Assembly (NCBI GenBank): GCA_039799905.1
Contig: JBDLRP010000021.1
Span: 1-64,000, forward strand
Length of the DNA stretch: 64,000 bases
Direction: 5' to 3'
From: Pseudomonadota bacterium
GTDB lineage: Bacteria > Bdellovibrionota_B > Oligoflexia > Silvanigrellales > Silvanigrellaceae
Part shown: positions 19,756-30,015 of the stretch, piece by piece
Layout of the letters: each line of letters starts with the position of its first letter
How positions within the stretch are numbered: the first letter of the stretch is position 1
The notes under the pieces: model-generated
Told to the model about the DNA's origin: nothing
Database searches by the model: none
The model's input: the letters and a program-made list of their open reading frames with translations, nothing else
Program-made: the position numbers and the translations under genes

Positions 19756-21300
19756 TTAGAACTTGTAGAAAGCCTTCAAAGTCACAACGTGAGCGTCGAA
19801 ACTCGCCGAGACATTTCTGGAACGAGCAGCGATAATCCGGTCATAGTCAAGCTGTACCGGCACCTTCAATTTGAGCCCGTCGAGGGTCAAACCGAACTGA
19901 GCTGCACGGGCAACGGGAAGCGTCTTATCTTCAACGCCGTCAACAGTTTTTGTCATGTCGTTGTCCCAGTTGTAGCGTGCATTGAGCATGAGGAATTCAG
20001 CACCTTCAAGCCATGTGCCGGGGGCAAGAACGAGCTTGGTGTAGCCTTGTTGGCGCATGCCGTTGCGCTTCAAATCAACTTCTTTACCGCCGGCATAAGT
20101 CTTACCCTTTGCGAGCATCATTTCGGACTGGTTTTCCAGTTGCACCTGGAGTCCATTGACGATCTCGTAGTCAGCATTCAAACGAACACCGAGGTCCGTT
20201 GTTCCGCGACCTGCAGGTTCCTTACCTTCTTTTTTAGCCTCAAGATACTTGCTCGTCGCGAAGCGGACGCCGACTCCGGCAGATGCATAAAACGGAATGC
20301 CGTCGAACCAAGGCTCGTTGACCGTGGAAAGCGCATACTTTGCGCCGAGCTGAACGTCGCCGAGACCTTCTTGGAACTTGGTTGATTCTGCCTGAGTCTT
20401 TCCTGCATTGTAGTACACGTCAAAAAGCGCGTTTTTAAATTGCTCGTCTACGAACGTCTTAATGTTTGTGTTTGCTGGAATCGTCACACCCGCGAAAGCG
20501 GCGTTGAATTTGCTCATGTCGACGGGAATGGGGAGTGGCTGACCAGCCTGGTAAGCCTGTGCAAAAGCTTTAGCCTCAGGACCGGCAGCTCCCGTTGCCA
20601 GCACGGGAATCGCGGTTTTAAAGGCGCCTACGATTCCGTCAAGATTTGTACCTGCCTTTGCAGCGATTCCTGGATTTACGCGGGTATTGGTAAATTTGTC
20701 TTTGTCATCAACAACGACTTTTCCACCCAACGAATAAGGCATAAGCAACTGAGCCGAAATACGATCGGTGATTCCGTACTCAAGCACGGCAATCGACTGA
20801 TTGGCAGTAATCTTCAAACCGTTTTCAATCTTGTTGCCGTTGCTGTCGTAACCCTTAGTTGAGGTCGCGGCGCCGTAAATCGCGCGGAAGCGGAGGACGC
20901 TTTCGGGCAGAACAGCGGATTCAGGAATGATCAGGCTCTTTGCCTTTCCAGCCAGTGACGAGGAATCTCCTTGTGCAGCGACTGCCTCTTTAACTTCCTT
21001 AGCAGCGTCTTTCACATCTTGCGCTGTGACTGCAGGTGCAGCCGCAGGCTGCGAAGCTGCAGGTTGCGAAGCATCTGCCTTCTTAGTTGCATCCTGAGCA
21101 GCATCCTTCACGGTTGCCTTGACTTCGTTCGCCTGAGTTTTTGCTCCAGTGAGCACTTCACCAGCCTTCGTCTTTGCATCAGCGGCAGTCGCAGCAGCGC
21201 CTTGCTTTGCATTCGTAACTGCAGATTTTGCATCCGCACCATAGGCAACAGTTGCATTGGCAAGCACCATCGTAGCGACAACCTGAAATACAGACTTCAT
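19756..21300 (-). CDS. Secreted, probable outer-membrane beta-barrel protein with Ala/Lys-rich N-terminal region
   Basis: Signal peptide (ATVAYG-A), GLGDVQLGAKY motif, alternating strands, terminal aromatic residue (LKAFYKF); AGGAG RBS and own terminator. Confidence 0.7.
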   Translation of the reverse strand: MKSVFQVVATMVLANATVAYGADAKSAVTNAKQGAAATAADAKTKAGEVLTGAKTQANEVKATVKDAAQDATKKADASQPAASQPAAAPAVTAQDVKDAAKEVKEAVAAQGDSSSLAGKAKSLIIPESAVLPESVLRFRAIYGAATSTKGYDSNGNKIENGLKITANQSIAVLEYGITDRISAQLLMPYSLGGKVVVDDKDKFTNTRVNPGIAAKAGTNLDGIVGAFKTAIPVLATGAAGPEAKAFAQAYQAGQPLPIPVDMSKFNAAFAGVTIPANTNIKTFVDEQFKNALFDVYYNAGKTQAESTKFQEGLGDVQLGAKYALSTVNEPWFDGIPFYASAGVGVRFATSKYLEAKKEGKEPAGRGTTDLGVRLNADYEIVNGLQVQLENQSEMMLAKGKTYAGGKEVDLKRNGMRQQGYTKLVLAPGTWLEGAEFLMLNARYNWDNDMTKTVDGVEDKTLPVARAAQFGLTLDGLKLKVPVQLDYDRIIAARSRNVSASFDAHVVTLKAFYKF

Positions 21301-21536
21301 AACGTCTCCTGTTGTTAGGACCGATATATGTTAGAAAGCTCTTAAAAGTTATCACAGGTTAGAGGTGAGTCAATTTGGCAACAACCAAGTTCCGACACTC
21401 GAAAAAAACTTGGCAGTTGCACGGAAAATAAAGACAGAATTTTGTCTGCGCTGTTTCGGAGAGCTATTGGCAGAACGTGTCTTTGAAATGAAACTCTAGA
21501 GTGCACACAAAATCAGGTCCTTCCTCGGGAGAACTC

Positions 21537-23555
21537 ATGAACAGGCACTCGATTTCCGCGTATTCATTGCTTTCAATTTTATTTATTCCTGTGCTGCTGT
21601 CGTGCAAGAAGAAGTTGGAGGAAGGCGGTCAAGTCAAGGATGACACGCAGGTCCAACAGACTCCCTCTTCAGACCAGATGAATTGTGACGTCATTGTTCT
21701 CGGCGGCACGACTGCCGCATATTCAGCAGCCATCACTGCAGCCGACAGCATGAAGAGTGGTGAAGTCGTCTGTCTGACCGAGCCGACGGACTGGCTCGGT
21801 GGACAGCTGACGTCAAGCGGAGTACCTGCCGTCGATTTTGCGCACCACGATGTTGAATTGCAGGGCTATGGCAAGGTGAAACTGTCTGACGCAAGTCGCC
21901 ATGTGGGTTCAATGCCAAAATTCTTTGCGCAGTGGATGACTCAACTCGGTCCTACCAGCGGAAACAAGGTTTCATTCCCTTCGCCCCCGGTCTGCTGGGT
22001 TTCTGTCAGATGCTTTTCTCCAACCGCGCTTCTACCCAGCATCAACTCGCTCGCGGCGAATTATGAAGCTTCGGGTCGGCTGAAGGTCTTCAAGAACACT
22101 GTCGTGAAATCGATTCGGATGGCGGGTAAGAGAATCGTTTCGGTGACCGTTATTCAACACATCAGCAATGGCAATCCACCCATCCGACTCTCTGCACAAA
22201 TCAAGGACTGGTATTCGACGACGCCGTCCAAGGAATTTACAAAGCGGGTCTTTAGACTCGGTGGTCCAGCGAAATCATCTGGCAACGGTTCGCAGTTCTT
22301 CCCTGTTGTTATCGACGCCACTGAGTGGGGAGAGGGACTCGTTCTGAGCGGGGCAAATTACCTTCAAGGAATCGAGCGCAATGACAGCGCACCTGTCGGA
22401 CAAGGAAGTCAGGAAACCTGCGGCCAGGCGACTGTTTATCCGATGACCTTGAGGCTCAACGAAACGCCCCAGCCGGACTCAGCACTCGCGCGCGGGAAGT
22501 GGCTGACCGAGATAATGCCGCAAGTTGAAAAGTACAAAGCAAGCCTCGTTCAGCGCGGACTCTTGGCGGCAGGCAGTTCTTTGTACAGTATTGCAACCAC
22601 AAACAAGGCATTCACCTTCGATGACGTCTGGAGCTACCGCCGCATCGTTCTTGGACCCGTACTGAGAAAAACCGAGAAGGTCTCCAACTACTTTCCAACC
22701 GCACAGATTGGTGACATCTCAAACCAAAACTGGGAACTTGGAAACGACTATCCTTACCGCTACCTTTTCTTGCCGGTTGGACAGGCGAAAAGCCAGGCAG
22801 CCAGCGGTGAGTGGACCGGCGGGATTGATGTTCAGGCGCTCGCCGAAGCCGAACTGCAGGCTTGGGGTTGGGTCGATCATCTGCGCAAGAACGCGACTGT
22901 TTATTGGAACGGTGAAAAGCGCGACATCGGCCCGCACATTGTGCTCTCCGAGGCACTGGGAACTCCCTATGGTTTGAGCAAAGTACCCTACATCCGAGAC
23001 ACCCGCCGCAGCATCGGCATGGGAACTGACGGCAATCCATTCGTGCTCAAATACGGTGAGATTCATGCCGGTGTGCAGTTCGACGACAGCATTGGCATCG
23101 GCGCATATGCAGCCGATCGTCATCCAAGCCGAAACCCAAACGTAGACGGCCAACGCTGTGCATCCAGTGTGAACCCACCTGGATACAATCCGTATCCGAA
23201 GCCATTCACATTGCCACTGCGAGCTCACACCAGCGAGAGTGTTGAGAATCTTCTCGTTGCAGGAAAAACAATCGCACAAACTTTCCACACCAACTCTGCA
23301 ACGCGATTGCATCCGATTGAGTTTTCATCGGGAACTGGCGCGGGGGCGATGGCAAGCTTCATGGCACAGTCACAGATCAGCGCGCACTTTATCGTCAAGA
23401 GCGCTAAACACGTCGCCATGGTTCAGGATCGTGTCAAGAAATATCAGCCGATCGAATGGACCGCAGAAGTTTTGCGGGCAGCATCAGCAAACCCGCCGCC
23501 AATGACCACTCCCGACAACTCCGGCGATAACAAGGATTCCCAGAACAAGAAATGA
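21537..23555 (+). CDS. Lipoprotein FAD-dependent oxidoreductase (FAD_oxidored/PF12831-like)
   Basis: Lipobox VLLSC; DVIVLGGTTAA, EPTDWLGGQLTSSGV, IDATEWG, PYIRDTRR, NLLVAGK, ATRLHPIE. Confidence 0.8.
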   Translation: MNRHSISAYSLLSILFIPVLLSCKKKLEEGGQVKDDTQVQQTPSSDQMNCDVIVLGGTTAAYSAAITAADSMKSGEVVCLTEPTDWLGGQLTSSGVPAVDFAHHDVELQGYGKVKLSDASRHVGSMPKFFAQWMTQLGPTSGNKVSFPSPPVCWVSVRCFSPTALLPSINSLAANYEASGRLKVFKNTVVKSIRMAGKRIVSVTVIQHISNGNPPIRLSAQIKDWYSTTPSKEFTKRVFRLGGPAKSSGNGSQFFPVVIDATEWGEGLVLSGANYLQGIERNDSAPVGQGSQETCGQATVYPMTLRLNETPQPDSALARGKWLTEIMPQVEKYKASLVQRGLLAAGSSLYSIATTNKAFTFDDVWSYRRIVLGPVLRKTEKVSNYFPTAQIGDISNQNWELGNDYPYRYLFLPVGQAKSQAASGEWTGGIDVQALAEAELQAWGWVDHLRKNATVYWNGEKRDIGPHIVLSEALGTPYGLSKVPYIRDTRRSIGMGTDGNPFVLKYGEIHAGVQFDDSIGIGAYAADRHPSRNPNVDGQRCASSVNPPGYNPYPKPFTLPLRAHTSESVENLLVAGKTIAQTFHTNSATRLHPIEFSSGTGAGAMASFMAQSQISAHFIVKSAKHVAMVQDRVKKYQPIEWTAEVLRAASANPPPMTTPDNSGDNKDSQNKK

Positions 23556-23556
23556 T

Positions 23557-24207
23557 TCAGGGCGAACCGCCGTCTGAACCGTGAGCAAGCTGCACTCCAA
23601 GGTGCAGCTTGTAATTTTTAGGCTCTGCAGCGCGCAGATTTGCAAAATCAGCAATCTCGAGACTATTGATGCGGTCGCGCAAACAGGTGGCCGTATCGGG
23701 GTCGGATTCATGCCCCTGCAGCAGCTGAGAGACAGTAAAACCCGGCTTTGCGACATCGACTAAGACCGAAAACTTAAAAACCGCATCGTTCGACTTGCCT
23801 GCAGGCTGAAGAAGAGCCCTGCATTTTTGAAGATGCGGGGCGAGCGCCTGAGCAGCACGCGAAACTAAGTCCAGGCCGCCCCAGCCGAACATGCGCTTCA
23901 TTTTTTCTCCGCTCAGATCCTCAACTTCGCTGAGATACGTCACAAAGCCCAATCCATCGCGAGTCTCAAGCGGGGCCGCCCGCATGCGCACGTAACTGTA
24001 TGAGAAGGGAGTCAGAAAGAAGGGTGACAGCACAGCAGCTGTCGAACAGATAAGCGCAAAGAGCAGCAGAGTCTCCGCTATTTCTGGAGGCTGGCGCCTA
24101 TCGCGGACAGCGCACGCGCGGAACTCCTCGGGCATCGCATCCATTTTAAAATCGACCTGAGAAGTGTTCCGCCGGTATGTGAAAAAACTGCTGTCGAATT
24201 GCATCAA
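23557..24207 (-). CDS. Hypothetical single-pass membrane protein
   Basis: 216-aa ORF filling the gap, one hydrophobic segment; start uncertain. Confidence 0.55.
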   Translation of the reverse strand: MMQFDSSFFTYRRNTSQVDFKMDAMPEEFRACAVRDRRQPPEIAETLLLFALICSTAAVLSPFFLTPFSYSYVRMRAAPLETRDGLGFVTYLSEVEDLSGEKMKRMFGWGGLDLVSRAAQALAPHLQKCRALLQPAGKSNDAVFKFSVLVDVAKPGFTVSQLLQGHESDPDTATCLRDRINSLEIADFANLRAAEPKNYKLHLGVQLAHGSDGGSP

Positions 24208-24257
24208 TTGTCCCCCGCCGGCACTCCCTGACAGCGAGGAATAAAAAACTCCGACCG

Positions 24258-27200
24258 TTAGTTGATCGGATCCTCGCTGTCGAAGGTATCGTCAATCTTG
24301 AATTTCGGAATAGGGAAGTCGGGAGTTAAATTTTTCTTGTCAGGAGTCGGTTGATTGGCAGGAGGTGCATTTTTTGCCAAGTCTCCGGATGCAGCTTCGG
24401 GTGCACCGCCAAGTCCCGCAGGCAAACCATCCTTAGGCTCAGTGCTTGCAGATGGATCAGCGACTGTTTGCTGCTGTTCAGCTTCCGATTCCGGCGTTGT
24501 TTTGACACGCACTGTCAGTGGCGAAACACGCCGCGTTGGAACAAACACCCCATCGCTCGTGCGTCCGGCGACTGCGACACGCAAAACAGAATTTCCACTC
24601 GATGCATAGTCATCGATCACCGCATTCAGGTCTGCTCTCGATTCATCCGAGCCATCATTTTCGCTGTCTGAGGCAGACGCACCATGGACTGGAACGGTAA
24701 TTCTCTGCACATCAGAACCGTAATCAAAGGGTACCTCGCTGATTTTCTTTTCGACCATAGGGCGCCAATTGAGCCTGTCGGAAAACTTCTGCTCGCGGAT
24801 CAGGGTCTGCGCAATTTCGATCCATGCTGGCAATGCACCCGTACCCCCTGCAACCTTAAATCCACGCCGACGCATGGGCTCGTTGGTATCGTAGCCGACG
24901 TAGGCGGCAATGGTGTAAGCATTTTCGGGCGACAATGACTTCACACCAGAATCTTTGGGATAAGGCAGAAAACCTACGTAGGTGGCGTTGACGTAATCGT
25001 TCGTTGTCCCCGTCTTTCCAAAGATTGGAATTCGCAAACCAGCCTTCTCCAGTACTGAATCCTCCTCGGGATTTTTGGAGCGCAGCGTGACAGTCCGATT
25101 AGCCGCACGGGCAGTTCCGTTGGTGACGGTTCCGCGCAGGACGCTGAGCATTGGTCCCGTATAGAAATCATCAAAGAGCCGATGCTCTTGCTGATCAGCT
25201 TCCCACAGGAGATTCCCTTGTTCATCTTCAATTCTTTTAATCAAAAGAAGCTGGTTTTCCTGCTCCGTATTGAAGTAGCGATAGGTTTTGCCCTCCAATA
25301 TCGTCTGATAGGAGAGAGCCAGCTCAGCCAGACTCACCACATTTGCACCCAGCGGAAACGACGGGACCCACTGCACGTCGCTCTCGATTCCCATCTGCTT
25401 GGTCATGAACTGCGCATAAAGCATGCCGAGTGAATAGCGGAAGTCATCGTGGCGATAGAGCTTCTCCATCGGCGATGCATCTGCAATCGTCTTGTACTTG
25501 CTGTCAACCTGTTCCTTGATTTCAGCGATGAGACTCATCGGAATCAAACCGTCGAGCAGGACGTTTTCCTCGGAGAACATGGAAATGTTTTCTTCCGCCA
25601 TCCGAACGACTTCTTCGGGCCTGAGAACATTCGGCTTTATCGATTGAAGAAGGGGAGTCACAATACCGACATCAAAGGGGTCGGCGGGCATGTAGACAAC
25701 CCGTCGATCGATTGAATAGAAAGGCGCCAGCGCAAGCTGATCTTCTTTGCTCAACAGAGTTTTATTCTGGGCGAGATCCTTAACTCTTTCAATTGCCGCA
25801 CGCGCCTGCTCGCGCATCGCTTCCCAGCGGAGAAAATTGTTGCGCAAAACATGGAGGCGGAGGACCCGCTCCTTTTCCGGCATGTTCTTTGGCTTACTTG
25901 CGGCGACTTTGACAATCTCGCCATCAAAGGCGTGACCATAATTCATGCTCTTGAGGATGATTCGCAACTTCCGGTCGGCGGAAACCTCGACATCGTCGAG
26001 CAGTTCACCCCGCACGGCGTTGAAGAGTCCTGCACGCAGGTTGTGTTCACTCAAGCGCGCGTTGTACTTCGCGGCAAGGCGGTTGGCGACGTCAGCTTCA
26101 TTTTCACCCTGCTTGGCCATGTCCAGAGTCACAAGCAGGTCTTTGAATTGCGAGAAGGTCAGCCTTTCCAGCAGATGGGAAAGCAACCAGACGCTGGCAA
26201 GGTTTTCTGATTTCGCACCCGCGCCGGCAAAGGTTGTTTCAAGTGTTTCGGGAGAGTGGTCTGGGCGTGGATAATAAAATTGTCCTTGCCATGTATAAAC
26301 ACTCCTGATGTTCAATAATGGCTCAAGAATATGCCAGCCCAATTGCAAGGCAGGATAATAAGTCAGTGTCTTGAAGGTCGAACCCGGCTGACGCTTGGCA
26401 AACACCGCACGGTTGTATTCGTGAGGAGCATAGCCGCCCACCATTGCCACAACCTGCCCCTTGTCGAGGACAATTGCCGCACCCTGTACGCGGGGCTGGC
26501 GTTCGATGTCACAGATGAGCCGTCCGTCCGGACGCTGCTCCCGCACGCTCAGAAGTGAAAAATCACCAACGTTCAGCTGAGACAGCAGAGCTGCTTTTGA
26601 CTTGTCGAGTCCACGATAGAGAGCCTGATCAGTGATTTTTGCAACGCGCTCGATGCCTTCCAGAGGCACAAAACATTCCGGCAATCCAAAACTGAAAGTT
26701 GCCGACTCTTTGCCTTTCTCCTTGGAGATTTGAATAAGCTTTCCGACGTAGAATGCATGCAGCTCGGGCCTTTGAATGTTCACAAACTGCGCCGGCGCTG
26801 CTTTTTGATAGCCAGTGAGAATCATTTCAAGGCGGCTGAGATTCTGCCGAACACCATAGAGTGCGCCCTGTTGCACGGCCTGATCAAGCGTCGTGGTGAT
26901 ACGCAATCCCATTGAGCCGATTTCTTCCGCATTCTCGGCACCCAACGCTGTGAGCACTTCCTTGCGACTCAGCTGGCGCTGGACAAGTTCTGTAATAAAG
27001 AGCTCGTTGAACTGAAATTTTCCCTGCTTGAAGGGCACTTCCTCGGCCGCAGCCGCATCGTGTTCCTGCTTGGAGATAAACTTCGAATCAAGCATTCTGC
27101 GAAGCACATAATTCTTGCGAATTTTTGCGTCGGCCTTGGCTTTGTTCTGAGTGGCAATGACACGCTTGGTGAATGGATTGTAGCGCTCGGGGCCTTTAAC

Positions 27201-27818
27201 ACTGCCGGCGATGAAGGCAGCCTCGGTCAGGGTCAGTTCCTGCACTTCTTTGTTGAAATAGTATTTTGCTGCAACTCCAACACCGCGTCCGTTGCCGGTG
27301 ACGTGAAATTGGTTCAGGTAGAATTCGAGGATTTCATCCTTGCTGAACCTGCGTTCCATTTTGAATGAATTGATGGCTTCTTCAAACTTTGCCCGCAAGT
27401 TCGTCACCGGCCGCCCGTAGAGATTCTTCACCGTTTGCTGAGTGATCGTCGATGCTCCCTCGCGCTTGCCCATGACAAGATTTCGGAACGCCGCACGAGC
27501 CGTGCTGACAAAATTGACGCCGCGGTGCTGGTAGAAATTGTCATCCTCGGCGGCAATCACGCCCTGCTGCAGGACTTTGGGAATCTCCTTCAGCCGCAGG
27601 TACTGACGATGCTCGGTGCCGAACAGACTGCCCAGCTGGGTCGTGCCATCACTGTAATAAAGCATTGATTCTTTCGACAGAATCTCAAGAATCCGTTCCT
27701 TTTTGAGGTGATCGTAGTTGCCACCCAAAACCTCGAGAAAGGCAAAGCCACCCAATGCGATAGGCGGGGCGATGACACAGCACCCCAGCGCAACCAATCC
27801 GACGACCAGCTTATTCAT
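24258..27818 (-). CDS. Class A penicillin-binding protein (PBP1A-like transglycosylase/transpeptidase)
   Basis: AAEDDNFYQHRG, GASTITQQ, RQPGSTFK (SxxK), KSEN (SxN), GKTGTTN; ATGA overlap with xth. Confidence 0.93.
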   Translation of the reverse strand: MNKLVVGLVALGCCVIAPPIALGGFAFLEVLGGNYDHLKKERILEILSKESMLYYSDGTTQLGSLFGTEHRQYLRLKEIPKVLQQGVIAAEDDNFYQHRGVNFVSTARAAFRNLVMGKREGASTITQQTVKNLYGRPVTNLRAKFEEAINSFKMERRFSKDEILEFYLNQFHVTGNGRGVGVAAKYYFNKEVQELTLTEAAFIAGSVKGPERYNPFTKRVIATQNKAKADAKIRKNYVLRRMLDSKFISKQEHDAAAAEEVPFKQGKFQFNELFITELVQRQLSRKEVLTALGAENAEEIGSMGLRITTTLDQAVQQGALYGVRQNLSRLEMILTGYQKAAPAQFVNIQRPELHAFYVGKLIQISKEKGKESATFSFGLPECFVPLEGIERVAKITDQALYRGLDKSKAALLSQLNVGDFSLLSVREQRPDGRLICDIERQPRVQGAAIVLDKGQVVAMVGGYAPHEYNRAVFAKRQPGSTFKTLTYYPALQLGWHILEPLLNIRSVYTWQGQFYYPRPDHSPETLETTFAGAGAKSENLASVWLLSHLLERLTFSQFKDLLVTLDMAKQGENEADVANRLAAKYNARLSEHNLRAGLFNAVRGELLDDVEVSADRKLRIILKSMNYGHAFDGEIVKVAASKPKNMPEKERVLRLHVLRNNFLRWEAMREQARAAIERVKDLAQNKTLLSKEDQLALAPFYSIDRRVVYMPADPFDVGIVTPLLQSIKPNVLRPEEVVRMAEENISMFSEENVLLDGLIPMSLIAEIKEQVDSKYKTIADASPMEKLYRHDDFRYSLGMLYAQFMTKQMGIESDVQWVPSFPLGANVVSLAELALSYQTILEGKTYRYFNTEQENQLLLIKRIEDEQGNLLWEADQQEHRLFDDFYTGPMLSVLRGTVTNGTARAANRTVTLRSKNPEEDSVLEKAGLRIPIFGKTGTTNDYVNATYVGFLPYPKDSGVKSLSPENAYTIAAYVGYDTNEPMRRRGFKVAGGTGALPAWIEIAQTLIREQKFSDRLNWRPMVEKKISEVPFDYGSDVQRITVPVHGASASDSENDGSDESRADLNAVIDDYASSGNSVLRVAVAGRTSDGVFVPTRRVSPLTVRVKTTPESEAEQQQTVADPSASTEPKDGLPAGLGGAPEAASGDLAKNAPPANQPTPDKKNLTPDFPIPKFKIDDTFDSEDPIN

Positions 27819-28606
27819 GGAATTTTCAACTCCAACGAAACGGGACAATGATCCGAACCCAGGACGTTCGCATGGATTCGCGCCGAGAGAACGTTCTGAA
27901 CGAGGCCCGGTGTGATGAAATGATAATCGAGACGCCAGCCGATGTTCCGTTCACGGACGCCAGCGCGTTGACTCCACCAAGTATAATGGCCTCCGCCCTT
28001 CTCAAACAACCTGAAAGTGTCGGTATACCCAGACTCGATGAAGTGACTCATCCAGTTACGCTCCTCCGGCAAATATCCGGCATTGCGCTCATTTTGTTTT
28101 GGATTAGCCAAATCGAGCGGTGTGTGGGCAATGTTGAAATCTCCGCCCAACACAACTTCCATCCCTTGGTTCCTTTTCTTTTCAAGAAAACTCAGAATGG
28201 AGCGGCAAAAATCAATCTTGTACGGCAGTCGCAGGGTGTCGCGCTGGGAGTTGGGAAAGTAAGCGGAGGCAAAGAAGATCTGCCCAAGCGTCAGGCCGAC
28301 GAAACGACCCTCCCGATCAAACTCATCGACGCCGAGTCCATAAGTCACCAAATCGGCGGCAACCGGAACACGTGAGTAAATTGCAACCCCGCTGTAGCCC
28401 TTTTTCTCGGCAGGATGCCAGTAAGAATGATAACCGAAGGGAGAAAGCCAATCGGATTGAAGGTCCTCGCGGGCACAGCGGACTTCTTGCAGTAGCAAAA
28501 TATCCGGCTTTTCAGACTCGAGCCAACCCAGAAACCCGTTTTTGACGGCAGCCCGAATCCCGTTCAGGTTCCACGAAAATATCCGCATTTGCCCCACAGT
28601 TGTCAT
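27815..28606 (-). CDS. xth: Exodeoxyribonuclease III
   Basis: SWNLNGIRA, LQE, GYSGVA, GDFNIAH, YTWWS, GWRLDY, GSDHCP. Confidence 0.95.
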   Translation of the reverse strand: MTTVGQMRIFSWNLNGIRAAVKNGFLGWLESEKPDILLLQEVRCAREDLQSDWLSPFGYHSYWHPAEKKGYSGVAIYSRVPVAADLVTYGLGVDEFDREGRFVGLTLGQIFFASAYFPNSQRDTLRLPYKIDFCRSILSFLEKKRNQGMEVVLGGDFNIAHTPLDLANPKQNERNAGYLPEERNWMSHFIESGYTDTFRLFEKGGGHYTWWSQRAGVRERNIGWRLDYHFITPGLVQNVLSARIHANVLGSDHCPVSLELKIP

Positions 28607-30015
28607 TCCTCAAACGTTTGTGCCAATTCCTTGCTGACGCAGCTCAGCGCAGATGTAAAAAGACTCGGAGCCCATTGGTTGTATAGCCTCTGCTGCGTTC
28701 CCACCTGAGTGCTTTGATGCACTAGCGCTTCAAAAAAGTTGCCGCGCAGGGTCAGGCTGGTTGAATATTTCAGTTTTCCGGATTCAAAAACTTTTGCCCC
28801 GTCGGCATCCAAAGCGAACTGACCCGTCAGCGGATCAAGTGACATGCCGGTGAGGTTCTGGATTTGAATATATGAAAGTTGTGACAAGTCCGTCAGCGGC
28901 GGACAATGCAGATGAAAATGAACGTTTGTGTAAGCTGTATCCATGGGACTGACCGCGTGACCCGTCAACTTGAAGCGACCCGCCCAGTCAGGACGAAGGT
29001 TTTCGACTTCCGCAAGCAGTGAGGAGGTCATCAGCGGGTGAACAAGTCGACCCTCACTCATTATTTTTACCGGACGAGTCGCAGTTCCCTCGGAATCAAA
29101 CACTGAGGAAAACGGCGAGCATTCGACGTGAGGGTTGTCTTCAATCGTGAGCCCGCGAATTACCACCTCACCAACCCGATCCAATTCCCAAGCACCTGTT
29201 TTGTCGATGAGAGCGCGGGTCTCCAGATTGGGAAGCACCAGCTGATCGATGAGTTCGAGAACAGCCTTGTGGGTCAGATACACCGGCAAATGTTCATCAC
29301 CACTGAGCGGTCTGACCTGTGAACGCAAAAGATTTTTTGCCGCATCATCAACAATATTCTTCAAGTCATCGGCACTCGGAAGCACGCCAAAAATATCACT
29401 GTGGGATTCGGACGAGTCTTCCAGGGCAAATGCGCAATAAACAGAACAAGTGGCGGACTCCTCGCCCGCCGAGTTGCCGGTCGAATCAAAGTACACTTTC
29501 CGGCTGAGAGAAAATGAAGCGGCAATCTCACGATTCATCAGACGGGGATGCGAAACGACGGCAGCAAATTGATCGGTCATGCTCAGGACGTCGATTAATT
29601 TCTCGGCGACCTCGCCACTGGAAAACAACTCGAGCATTTCAGCGGATGCCAGCCTGATCTGCGGATAGGAGTCTTGTTTTCTGAGCGATGTGCAATGCTC
29701 CAATTCCGCTGCCTGACTGATTGCGAATTCAAGATTCTGAACAAAGGCGGATAACGACATGTTTTCAAGACTGAATTCGACACTGCGACGACCTCGCAGA
29801 ATCAGCGCAACGGTCAGATCGAAAGGGTTGTTTGATTGAATGGGAGCTTTGCTGTGCATCACTCCGTTGAAAAGTGCGGCCGAGCGGACATCGCGCAACG
29901 ACGCGGTGCAATTATAGGCCTCGACGGTTCCGGTCCGCACGCAATTGCCAAGATGGTGCTGAACCCGTTCCAAAAAATCATTGAACCGTTGATTTTCCTG
30001 CAGCGAACTATTCAT
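28603..30015 (-). CDS. PmbA/TldE-family protein
   Basis: FDSEGT, G.H, LDPLTGQF, LTLRGNF; no HExxH; directly follows a TldD domain with ATGA overlap. Confidence 0.8.
   Translation of the reverse strand: MNSSLQENQRFNDFLERVQHHLGNCVRTGTVEAYNCTASLRDVRSAALFNGVMHSKAPIQSNNPFDLTVALILRGRRSVEFSLENMSLSAFVQNLEFAISQAAELEHCTSLRKQDSYPQIRLASAEMLELFSSGEVAEKLIDVLSMTDQFAAVVSHPRLMNREIAASFSLSRKVYFDSTGNSAGEESATCSVYCAFALEDSSESHSDIFGVLPSADDLKNIVDDAAKNLLRSQVRPLSGDEHLPVYLTHKAVLELIDQLVLPNLETRALIDKTGAWELDRVGEVVIRGLTIEDNPHVECSPFSSVFDSEGTATRPVKIMSEGRLVHPLMTSSLLAEVENLRPDWAGRFKLTGHAVSPMDTAYTNVHFHLHCPPLTDLSQLSYIQIQNLTGMSLDPLTGQFALDADGAKVFESGKLKYSTSLTLRGNFFEALVHQSTQVGTQQRLYNQWAPSLFTSALSCVSKELAQTFEE

Noticed and set aside
18760..20385. 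541-aa + strand ORF spanning the SDR and barrel genes
   Set aside because: Antisense to well-supported genes and runs through a terminator; the translation looks like a typical reverse-frame product.
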